Of a DNA stretch of 64,000 nt, positions 52,332 to 64,000 are shown in pieces; the first letter of the stretch is position 1, and each line of letters opens with the position of its first letter. Source of the DNA: Cycas panzhihuaensis (taxonomy: Eukaryota > Plantae > Cycadophyta). Under the pieces are notes generated by a model. It worked only from the letters and a program-made list of their open reading frames with translations. It had not been told where the DNA came from and did no database searches. The stretch spans positions 167,407,741-167,471,740 of the forward strand of contig CM041465.1 of assembly GCA_023213395.1 (NCBI GenBank), written 5' to 3'. Both the position numbers and the translations under genes were made by a program.

Positions 52332-55300
52332 TATTAGAATTAGGAATGTAATAATCACATTAAACCCTAATAGTGAGTAAAAGATAAATAATAACGTACA
52401 AAAGATGAAGTATGTACAAAATAGACACCATGTTGGAGAATTGGCCAAAACTCAATTATGAACAAAGAAGAGTACATACTTATAGTACAAGCTCATCACT
52501 AGTGAGAGAACCCCATTGGACTATTTAAAGGTAGCACACATATCAAGGTGGCCCACAACTCTAATATAAAATATAAGAAATAGAGAGAGTTTACATAGGG
52601 TTAATGTAATTGGGTATTACACCCAACATTCCCCCTTGTAATAGTTAATTACATAAATATTGTTACATTAATGATAAGCTCAAGTCTCCAAAAGTCTATT
52701 GGATAACAAATGCTACTGCACAGAATAAAAAAGCTGCCGAAGTCAATATGAAGTGGAGTCCATCTACCGAAATGCATGGTTCATCAATCACTACAACCAC
52801 CAATTGGGTAGGAACTCCTTTTGTATATGTGGATTAATTAGGAGCTAGAAAGAGTAGCTGAATAAGATCCCACCCCTTACTCATATAGGAGTGTAAGCAG
52901 AAAAAAAAATATAAGGCACATGGCACATGGCAGGCAAGAGTAGCCTTAAAAAGTGTGTCCTACCTCTTGTTCAATAGGACTAGCACTTCTTCGGCATCTA
53001 ATGGCTAGAAATACAATGGCATTATGGCCTCAAACATGCCACATGGGTTAAAATATGCCTCATTGGGCTAATAACTTGCCACCATGGGCAAAAATAACTA
53101 GCATTAGAAGTTTTTATATGACTAAAAAATAATAAGTGACTTATGTAGCACATATGAATCTCTCTCATTAATGAAGTACAATATGATCACAATGGGTTCT
53201 TCAAGAGCAAAAAATAAGTCCATGGTACATGTTATCCCCCTTATTTAGGGTACATTACATCAATAAGCCTAAAAAATACAATATGTGCTAGTAGAAGCTA
53301 AAAAAAAGTAAAGACAAATAAGAACTTGTAACTTGGAACTAAAAAAATCTTAATGAAAATAGGTCCAAAATATATCAAATGACTTGCCAAATTAAAGGTC
53401 TCTTTGTTACGGACCCAACACAATAGATAAGACTAAAAAAGGATCTCCCAATCTCAAGATATAGCCAAAAAAGTGACCAATACTCTAGAAAATGATAAAA
53501 ATGGGGACTAGCCCCCTCGATAAACTGGCAGCTGGTCATATAAAACCTCTATAAGACCAAGTGTGAACTATTAAGAGGGTTGAACATACTTGAAATCATT
53601 ATGTAATATGATTAAATTTTATTTTTCAAATTGAGAAAAATTAAACTCTTTTCAAAGAAATTTAAAATCCGCATCAATAATATTAATAAAAAAAACAACC
53701 GCATTAGGGTTCTGCCAAGATCATTATGATCGGGCCACTGCCATGAGTATTGTAAGTCTGTGAGCTACAGATAACAAGGGGGAGCATTACCATTGAATAT
53801 GTGTAACTCATCAATATGAGTATCAATTGCTAAAACCACCACGCCATAGGTTCCTTTCCCAACAACTTCCTTTATGTGGTATCGATTAGCTTCCCCATAT
53901 TCTATGAAAATTTATATTTCAAGCATGCCGGGACAAGCAAAGATGGCCATCAAAGTCTGACCCTGCCCCCAAGGACAGTGTAAACATAAAATTTATAATT
54001 ATCTTTGGCCTCGAGTTTTACAAATCTCTGGCGAAGACATAGTGTTACCTAGGGCAAGCACAGCCTATAGAAGCTTTAAATAAAGAAAACCTCATAGTAA
54101 GGAAAACTCAATCTTCCCTAGGTGATAATCAAAGCATGTAGACCTTCCATCCCACGGTCGATACATCCATTAGTAGTGGCATCAACCTTCGGGGATTATA
54201 ATCCATCTGCAATCAATATGATTCTACTAGAATTGAGCCCGCAACCACCTATCTTCTCATAATTACTAGCTACTAACTACTAGATCAAGCCCTAAGTGTG
54301 GAGGACCACCTGATTTTCCCTTTGTCTCTTCTTTCTATTCAATGGATGACATATTCTGCCATGAATCTAGTAGGATCAATATCTTCTCTCTTATATTTAA
54401 ATCTAGCTTTTTCTTTACTATCTTCCCCATCTCATGCAATACTTATGCTACATACCTTATGATAAAAAATGTTAGATCATGCCAATAAGGAATAATTGCA
54501 ATAAATGATATTTTCTCTTCACAGTTATGTTGTAGTTTTTCTTCAACATCTAGTTGGATCCTTTGTTATAGAACATGCCTTCAAGTTGGCAAATGGAACT
54601 CAAAAGCAAAAGACCATTGGCAGGAGAGTTGTTCAAGGCCATTGGTAGCAAAGAGAGCCCAACTCATACATTACCAAACATGGCAACTTTCCCCTTTTTT
54701 TCTTTTTTTGAAAAATACATAACATAGCCCAAATTTGAAGGCCTTAAATACAATTTTTTTTTTTTCAATATTGTAAGCCACAAAGAGAATATATATCAGC
54801 AGAAAGAATATAGAACCTTTATCCACCTGTAGATCTATAAAAATAAAATTTGAAATGGAGTCACTCTTGGCCAAGAAGGACTCACTCAACTACTATCAAT
54901 AATCTTGGTTGCATTCTTATCCACTGACGTGTAATGGAGATGGTCTTCCAGTAATTGGAATTTGAACATGAGTTTTTATGGACTTTCACCTACATGCAAT
55001 ATTATTGTGGTGCCACATGCATGGAAGATGTCCACTTGAGCAGCTTCAATAAGCTTTAAACAACTTCAAAAAACTTTAAAATGGGCTTGAAATAGCTTCT
55101 CATCAACATCAAAAATAGCCCTTCAAAAACTGATAACAGTCCCATAACAAAATATGCACAAGATGTAACTTGAAATGATCTTCAACTTGATAAAGTCACC
55201 AAGCAGGCATATCAAATAAAAAATTACAAGGCTTTAAAGTTCAAAAATAAGGACAACATGCCTCCAAGGATTGAACCTTGGGCTCTAATACCATATTAGA

Positions 55301-55590
55301 ATTAGGAATGTAATAATCACATCAAACCCTAATGGTGAGTAAAAGATAAATAATAAAGTACAAAAGATGAAGTATGTATAAAATGAACACCATGTTGGAG
55401 AATTGGCCAAAACTCAATTATGAATAAAGAAGAGTACATACTTATAGTACAAGTTCACCACTAGTGAGAGAACCCCATTGGACTACTTAAAGGTGGCACA
55501 TATATCAAGGTGGCCCACAAATCTAATATAAAATACAAGAAATAGAGAGAGTTTACATAGGGTTAATATAATTGGGTATTACACTCAACA
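52332..55590 (-). mobile_element. non-autonomous LTR element D (copia-type cis signals, no gag-pol), 3.26 kb
   Basis: 297-bp LTRs at 52332-52628 and 55294-55590 (about 16 differences counted by eye), TSD CTTAT (52327-52331 and 55591-55595), PBS TGGTATTAGAGC (55282-55293), PPT ACAAGGGGGAA (52629-52639). Confidence 0.92.
53807..53926 (-). pseudogene. captured fragment of a plant group-D (TDY-type) MAP kinase, kinase subdomain I
   Basis: MLEI*IFIEYGEANRYHIKEVVGKGTYGVVVLAIDTHIDE matches the group-D MPK consensus EFFTEYGEA.RY.I.EVIGKGSYGVV.SAIDTHTGE. Confidence 0.88.
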
Positions 55591-56183
55591 CTTATTACCC
55601 TTAGGCAAACACGAAAATCAAGGCATTTAACAAAATGTTGATCTCAATTCTAAAGAAAATGATGCCCAAATCTCAATAAGATTGGCATTAATAGTTGTAT
55701 CCTACCTTATTGGCTTATTGAACATCTATACAAACTACCATAGGCATGATACTTTCTCCTTTATCTATGGATTAGAAGCTATCCTTCCACTAAAAGTCAA
55801 GATCCCATCTTCAAGAGTTTTGTTAAAAGATTTCATCAATGGAGAGTGGAGTCATCAAGCATGCCTTCTTAATTTGGAAGCCTTAGATGAGAGTTACCTC
55901 ATTACATATAAGAAAAATATCACTTCTAAAACAAAAGCTCAGTGGGCCCATGGTAAATATCTATAATCCCAAAAATTTACCCTAGGATAATAAAAGTTTT
56001 TAAGTTTGAATATTTGTATGATTGTCTTCCAAAATTTATACTAAAATGGATCAACCCATTTATCATATGATAAAATCTTGTAAATAATGCATATTGAATT
56101 ACCACCATTGAGGGCCTTAAGTTTGAAAAATCTATCAATGGGTAGTTTCTCAAAAAAATTTCAGTTGACAATGTCACCACTAT

Positions 56184-56610
56184 GCTCTGAAATGATCACT
56201 AAACTACCATATGCTCTGAAATGATCTTAAACTACTTTTCACTCTATAATGAGCCTAAACTATAGGATTCTTTGATAAGAACTTAAAATTTCATTTTCAC
56301 TCTACTATGAGTATAAACTAGAATTATGCTTCATAATGAGTAAAACTATCCATGCTCCATTGGAGCCAATAATGGTAGGCACAACCTAAAAATCCCCTTT
56401 AAATCATTCATTAACAAGGTTAAACTTTAGTGATTAAATTATTATCAAATTTTATGCGTATTAGGGCATGCCAATCATTCATGCTTATTATGGCACCTAA
56501 TTCTCTATCATGAGAAAAACCCTCCTCTCGTGTGGAACCCCCCGTAAGGGCATTACACTCATCTATGAGCATAAACTAGACTCTAACTTCATCATGATTA
56601 TAAACTATCA
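56184..56610 (+). repeat. array of NCTC-N6-GAGN-TAAACTA motifs (about 29-bp period) directly after pol of element C
   Basis: Copies at about 56184, 56213, 56241, (56267), 56299, 56328, 56557, 56587. Confidence 0.8.
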
Positions 56611-57375
56611 TTTATTAATATTATCTGTAAAAAAAAAAAAAAAAAAAGAGCTCTAAAACTATAAGACCCAAAAAATAATTGCATATGCCTCTATATATAT
56701 TTTCTAGCTTAATCTAACTTTGAAATTTAGAATGAACTACTTATGTCATTACACCTTGTATAGTTAAATGTGATTTGTATTATACTACATTGATTCCCTT
56801 TATTTATTTAGTCATAAAACATGTTGCAACTAGGCTAAAAGTAGGTTCAAAGCCACTTCACAAATGTTTCCCCAACTAGATCAACTCATCAGTAGGTAGT
56901 ACACTATTAAAACTAGGAAATTTTAATGAAAAATTAAAAAGAAATGAGTAAAATATAACATCTTATGAAGTTTCCTATCCATCTCACAGTAGACAAGGGA
57001 TACTATAGAGATCTCTGTGGTATCATAAAGAGTTAAACTTTGTGGTACTTTTGTAATCTTCATGGTACGACCAAGAACACAAAAAGTTTAAAATCTCAAA
57101 AAAATATTTAGAAACTCAATTTTTAGGCTAACTCTAGTCTATTCAAAACTTCTTAGGAATCAAATTACCCTAGCATGGCCATAAGTAGGAGTTTAATCAT
57201 ACCTCATTTGATCAGAAAATATGTATAGGATGCCTCCCTTAAAAAATTCCTTCAAAGTGACCTTTAATCATTATTATTAATGCATAAAAGATGCACCCAT
57301 GGTGCCAAAACTTATTTTGAGGTAATCCTCTCTTGTGAATACCTTTACTATCTAGCACCCACCCTCTAGAGTGAG

Positions 57376-60300
57376 TGAAGCATCAATCATATAAGGGGAG
57401 GATGAATAATATAACCTAATAGGTGGACCTAAAGGTTGAAGGGGGCCTATGTCAAAAAAGAGATAAACTTATACCTCTAACAAGGCATCCATGCATCTTG
57501 TGGATGTAAGTGGAAGGATAAAATACAATTAGGTTCTAGGATAATGGGTAATATATAGGTGTATATAGTATTCCAAAAGGAAAAAATAGGAAAATAACCT
57601 AAACAAAAATAATCACTTACTAACTAATCAAGCAAGCAATGCAAACAAACAAATGAGGAAGAAAACATACATGAAAAGAGATTAAAGAGTGAACTACTAG
57701 CTAACTAAAAGCATCCAGATGAAATCAATCTATTTATTAGTAGATACCCTTAAAAGGACTAAATAGAACTCAATAAAAGGCCCTCAGAGTGTGAGGGTAT
57801 CACTAGGATGTATGCACCCTAATTATAGTTGCTTTTACATATTTATCCTAACACAGTTAATCCCTTCAAAGACTAACTTATCCTAATTTGATTTCTAAAT
57901 GACCTTAATATGATAGACTCAATCTAAAAATAAAGGAAAGGACTAAACCTATCAAGAGGCCTAAGGGAGTTAAGACCATAAGGTACATCCAATCATGTAT
58001 AAGATAATAGGGACCTATCAACATTAGTGACCCATCTTATAATAAGTGTAAGATAGCTTGACAATGCTTCCATCTGGCTCCAATAGACATCAAGCTATAA
58101 TAAGAGAAAAAAAGAGGTCATCACTTTTAATAGAATAAATGAGGTCTATTTGATTATCAACACCCTATGCATAAGCATATAATATAAATAGGTGCCACTC
58201 ACTAACCTATTCAAAACATAAATCACAAGACTTAATTTGCCTAAATGCAAAAGGCCACCTCTTTCATTTAAAGATAAAACTTAAATAGAAAGGTAGTGGT
58301 CCCCCCCTCTTTAGTAGAAGAATAAACCTAACCTAGAAAATTACTATGATTGACAATCAACACAACTAAAATACTCTTTAAATTATATAAAAGTAGTAAA
58401 TAAATTAACCTAGGAAAGGTCTTTTGGCCCCATGAATTTGAGGACTCATAACAAGTGTTGACCTCTACTCCATTATGACCTTTGTAAAGAGTGAAAATAC
58501 AAATAGAAATGCAATGCAATACAAAGTCTTTAACTTATCTCTTTATTATTTTAACGATCTTTTTCTTTGAAAATTAAGTTAATTGTATATAAGGTGGAGG
58601 GAGAGATAGGCATGCATAACAAACATATAATTAATATTCTTCTTCCTTTTTTATTCCAAATGAAATTTAAAATAAAAAATGCATTTCAATTTTTTTTTCA
58701 TTTTGAAAATAAAATTTATCAGAGAGGGTTTAAGAGGAAGACTTGAATTTTTCTTTGGATAATTATAAAATCCCCTTTTAGAAATGTAAAGCCTCATGAA
58801 TCTAAGTCACTAAAGGAATCAAAACATCATTAGAATCACGCATAGATCTACAACTTTATAGAAAAATTATGATAGCATTATTCTATTCTAAGTTGACTTA
58901 TGACCAATAAAATATTGTTTATAACCTCATATGCTTGAAATTTTACTTAAAGCAATGCTTCTAGATTCCCACCCTTTTATATTGCTAGAACAAGTTAGTT
59001 AACACTTCTATTATGTAACAAGCATTGTTTAGTTGATGGAAAGACTAGGGAAAGAAGGTCATATCTCTAGCTTACTTTTAAAGTTTTCAACCTATATAAA
59101 GCATGCTAAAATGCTCCCATACCTATAAAGTTAGTGCATGTTATAAAATTTTTTGAAACTCAACAATAATAGAAATAATTACAAACTAAAATTAACAACA
59201 AGCTAAACAAGAAATGGAACCTTAGAGCTAGTAGTGATTCCACTATATTCAAAGCACAAAAAGTGTTAACCTTTATTCTCCCTGTAAATCACTTCCATTG
59301 CAAAAATAGAGTGAAACATATAAGGCACACAAAGTGAAAACCAAATAGTAAAATATAAAAGTGGTTCAAAAATAAGAAATAAAGTAATAATTAGGAATGG
59401 AAATGGAATACAAATAGTGTGGGGGGTATTTCCCCAACTCCTAATCAATGATGAATCATCATGCCATGTAGCTCTAATCAAAGAGGTCTCCAGCAAAAAT
59501 ATAACTCTAATCTCTAAGCTAAAGGTGGAAGTGAATAAACAAGTATGAAGGGGCAAGAAATTCTAGAGAAAATTTGGCAACATTATATCAATATAACACT
59601 ACAAATTTTGAGCCTCTCAATCATGTGACAATGAGATGGATTTTATAGATATTATAAGGTGGAGTAAAGTAGTATTAGACCTATCATTTGGAACCAAATC
59701 ATGGGCCAAACCCATAAGCAACTTTCCCATGTATTTATCTCAGTCTAGATGACAAAGAATTAAAAAGCAAGTCTTTGGTAAGGAAAGAATAAATTCCCCA
59801 AGATTTTTTATAATGCCTAAGTTAGAAATACAGTTGAGCATATTAGTTATGCATTAAATGCATATGGCCCTTCTTTTAGTTCACCTACTATCATCTCACA
59901 AAGTTCTTAATGGTATCGTGAAGTTTGAAACTTCATGATATCGCAATGAACTTTTTGATACTACAAAGTTTCCCAAAGACCAAATACACCACAAGATAGA
60001 CTCATTTCAACATGGGATGGTATAAAATCAAAGATAGATAGCTATTTATCACAATTAAATGGAGGAAAATACATATAAAAGTAATAATTTTGATGATAAA
60101 AAAGGTCTAAAAGATCAAGATAAATAAGGAGATACTTTAAACATAAGTAGAAGAAGGGTAAAAAGTGTTTATAGGGGTACTAAAAGGACTTTTTGTGATC
60201 CATTAAGCTTAAGTGAACAACCTTCTTTTAGCCACTGACCATGGTCAAAATTATCATCAATTAAATGCACACATACCCATCCATCAAAATAATGGGTAAA

Positions 60301-60424
60301 TTTTAGTACATACTTATAAAAGTCAAAAAGTTAAGCTAAAGTTACTAAAATAAAAGACAAGAATTACATACCTTTACTTACCTATTGGTGATATGACTAT
60401 GCACTTCCCAAATTATAGGAAATA
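57376..60424 (-). repeat. Tat LTR (about 3.05 kb), inverted homolog of 8690-11719; no PBS and no TSD
   Basis: Minus strand starts TATTTCC and ends GCTTCA. Flanks GTGAG and AATTT do not match. Confidence 0.8.
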
Positions 60425-60928
60425 AATTTCAATAGATGTAAATCAATAAGATGGCAAGGATAATAAAAAATATAGAAACAAGGTGGAGTTGATCCTTAGA
60501 TGGAGTTGGAGCATGCTAATTAGGTATGTGCTTTATAATCTATGTATTGTTAGTAGTATTAATCATGCACAAATACAATTGTATTACAATCATCTAATCA
60601 TCATACCAAGTAGTCTATTTAATCACACTACACTTATGAAATTAAACCTTAGTAGTGAATAAGACAAGGCATGAGACCTGGCCAATACTAAAAGGGACTT
60701 TGTTGACTAAAATAAAGTGTTGATTTGAAAAATGTAATAACCATAGTTTCCACTGAAAATAAAATATATACTCAATGTGAAGTTGATATCACATCTAAGT
60801 TGATATCTTTTGAGATAGAAACTAGACTAATAAAGAGGGATGATTAATTAAGTAATGGTAGAATATGCGTCACCTAAATTAAATATAAAATAATTAACCT
60901 AGAGGTTTAGAGAACCCAAAGGATAAAT

Positions 60929-63900
60929 TATTGGAAAACATAATTGAAGCAAACAAGGTCGATAAGGTCTTTCACATTAGGCAGATATAAAGTAGGAATA
61001 GATCACATGGGACACTAGATTATTATGGGAAACCCTTATGGGTGAAAACCCATAAATAATAATAATTCACATTATGATAAGATGATGATGATACAAAGTT
61101 GGACTTTGATCTATATTTATAGATCTAAAGTGCCAAATATAATTATAATTTACATCCATCAGCTCATTACACTCATGAATATTCTCCACATAATTAAGCA
61201 CATAAATAGGGAGGCCCACTTTATATTAGTTAGTATGGACACATATTCTAGCATCCCTTCTTAATGTAAATATGGGGCAATCTGATCTTCACTCAAATGT
61301 AATGGTGATATGCTTCATATGTGCTCAATTCTTTGGATGTGACTCTAATATACCTACAACCATATAACTCTCTCTACACCTGACACTTTATCCATTCAAC
61401 TTAGCCATATTCCTTTTACTAAACCAAGAGGTTGAGCTACTTGAGCCATGTGAATCGCCTTTTCAATTCTTCATTAAGGAACACTAATATATGATATGAT
61501 ACCCAACTATTTGAAGCTGCTAAAGCTATTAAAGTAAGGATCAAATGGACCAATAAACATAGAGACTAGTGTAAATGTCTCATCATACCTTAATCCTTCT
61601 TTCTACTAGAAATCTTATGTAACAAGTCTTCAAACTTGCAAACTGACTAGGTTCTTTGCTTCAATACAACTCTCCATTACGAATCAACATTCACTAGAAT
61701 GATGGTATCTATCTCAAGCTTTTACTGGCATGTTGATCCATAATCTTCTATCATACTATAGGTCTTTAACTGCCAACATAATATAGGGTTGTAATCCATA
61801 TCTCATCATCTAATAACTCCTCATCATCAATCCTCACTAAGTCCTACTTCTATCTCAAGCACAATGTTAGGCAACCAAACCTCCACACTTGCTAAATAAT
61901 GACCCAAAAAAGTGAAGCAATTAAGGATAAAACCTATAACTAAATGACACTTAGCATGATACATCAACAACTCTTGAATCAGCATCTAGACTAATCATAA
62001 TACATTTCCCCTTGCAGATCACATTATTTGTAAGCTAAACAACCCATATGCTTTAATCTCTTACAATCCTACTATTACAATCTTTATCTAAGATATGTGC
62101 ACTCTAATGCACCAAAGGAAATAAATAGACTGCTTATGACTTGGTCCAAACACATAACAAGAGGGGGATATATGCCACGAATAGTCACAATAAGGGTACC
62201 CAATACTTGTTTGCTACAACTTCTGCCATCAAAATATGGGAGGCAAACCATAAAATGCACCAACCTCACCATCTGCATCATGATACTCATTTGTAATGTA
62301 ACCTTATAGGATAATTGTATAGGCCATGATAAAGGCATCATTGATTTTAAGGCATCTCACCTTAGACCTTTCCATTCATACTTTAAATTCATTAAGCACT
62401 CTGTCTCAGTTCCATATCAGAATTGTTTAGATATGCACCCATGTTGAACCAGCATCAAACCAAGCCACAAACTTGATGCTATCACTAGTCCAACTAGCAA
62501 AGTATAATAGTCTATCATAAATTGAAACCACTTATACAAGCAAATTCTAAACTTCAATACCTCGTATACATCTAGTGCAATAGAACTCGAATGTATACCA
62601 TGAATATATCACTCATTTCATAAAACAAACCACACAAACATGAACTTTGTGTAATGATCTATGCCATACTTAAACAACAATAGAGTTTACATTAATATGC
62701 AGCTAAGGTATCTCAAACATGCTCTTCTCTTGCCTAACTTACCCTCAAAATTTCCCAATGATTCCCTTCTCTTGTCCTTAAACTTTCCCATCAAACTCGC
62801 CCAACCTTGCCATGTAATACACATAAAACAAGCACCTCATCATCATAAATTTGCCATCAACTTCACCCATAAAGGAAGCATGCTTAATGCACTCTTTTCT
62901 CCTCAGATCACCAACCAAAACATCACTAATATTACTCATGCAATCGTATGCATAATTGCCTCCTCATGCCTAACGTATTCTCTCATGTAAAGTACACACA
63001 AGAGAGCCTACACTCACCTCAATAATATCCATTAACTTTCTCATGTAAAACACATGTAAGAAAGCAAATAGTTGCTTCAAAGTCACCCCTCACATCATCA
63101 TATCACCTCATTCACCATATATCAACATAAAACCTTGTGAAATATATTTAAGCCACCTTAAAAAGATACATACTCTCATTAAAATGCTAAAAATATAATT
63201 ACCAAAGAAGGCATCAAATGATGACAAAGTATATATAGAAGAGCTCCAAATATATCAAGGAAATGACAAAAGGAAAATGTGATTTGATGATTTAGCATAT
63301 CATCAAAAATGACCTTAATCAAAATATTATTGATATAATATATGTTGATTTTAATACAAATGAAAGGATAGCGAAGTAACGAGCAATAAATATATATTGA
63401 ATATTGGCAATATGACTTTATAAGGTACCATAACTATGAAATATTAATCAAAATGGATAATATTAAATAACAAAAATATACAACAGACTATAAATGAAAA
63501 GGGGGTGGTTGTAATATATCAGTGGTAGAGGCAATTCCATTATGCAAGTGACTGTAAATGATGATTGCAGGGTGAAATATCATATATCTTAAGACGATGA
63601 CTCTACATAATTACGATAGGAAAGATGACACACAAACCCCAATGAATGGTTGAAGAAAAAAATATAATTAAATATATTATCACTCAGATATAGGGTAATG
63701 CAGATGGCAACAATTGAAAAAAATCTCACCTTCTAACAGGTGATGCAGAGAAATACACCTATACAATGAGAAATATTTCAGATTAGATGAAACTATATAT
63801 ATACAAAGATATATATTAAAAATGGATGACACAAATCTATCAGCAATGTAGAGATATATAGACAACTACACTGCATACATAACTGTAATATGTAAAATGG

Positions 63901-64000
63901 TAAAAAATAATAGCAATCACAAACCATAGGTGAAATCAATGAATAATACAAATTGGGTGACATAAATGAGTACCAACAATGATTTTATATCTACACCATA
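60929..64000 (-). mobile_element. copia-derived, probably non-autonomous element (candidate 3' LTR about 60929-61253, PPT, short RT shard)
   Basis: PPT TTAAGAAGGGA|TGCTAGAAT at about 61245-61264. RLVT*DF**KEGLRYDETFTLV...LIALAASNSW at about 61500-61630 resembles copia RT RLVAKGFSQKEGIDYDETFAPV. Confidence 0.55.

Larger units (their letters stand above)
48896..56640 (+). mobile_element. Tat-type element C, internal fragment (pre-RT spacer, RT, RH, INT, 3' motif array), interrupted by element D
   Basis: APPYFEEGNILIMEGTINI matches element B; RT KDNFP, KCVF..GKLLGFLIS..GIEVDP; RH KKLRHYLLG; INT split at LSSY|YP*AN by element D; ends near 56165. Confidence 0.85.

Noticed and set aside
53807-53926. 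Exon of a resident MAP kinase gene spread across long introns
   Set aside because: It lies inside a TSD-flanked LTR element, has an in-frame stop, and is truncated before subdomain II.
56629-56647. Poly(A) tail of a LINE/SINE or retrocopy
   Set aside because: No TSD or upstream LINE/SINE body; similar A-runs occur in Tat 3' regions (e.g. 41715-41742).

Overview
This is intergenic DNA from a large plant genome; the element types and heavy CG/CHG decay fit a gymnosperm-type genome best, which is an inference. No intact host gene is present. The window is a stack of nested LTR retrotransposons. It holds several decayed Ty1/copia elements and at least five copies of one Ty3/gypsy Tat-type lineage. 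That lineage has LTRs of about 2.3-3 kb starting TGTTTC, a tRNA-Arg-type PBS, an archaeal-type RNase H (aRH) downstream of integrase, and an antisense PMD-like ORF. Four features stand out. (1) A very young, GC-rich, non-autonomous gag+protease-only Tat element at 21672-31618 with TSD GGTAG. (2) A short motif, NCTC-N6-GAGN followed by TAAACTAY, repeated in arrays just after ORF ends in four Tat copies; in the young copy it forms 3 x 85-bp units, each carrying a long hairpin. (3) A 112-bp tract in one LTR of the young element where essentially every G of the sister LTR is read as C. (4) A non-coding 3.3-kb LTR element at 52332-55590 (TSD CTTAT) carrying a captured group-D (TDY) MAP kinase fragment. 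All alignments and translations were done by eye, so boundaries of the decayed elements are approximate.
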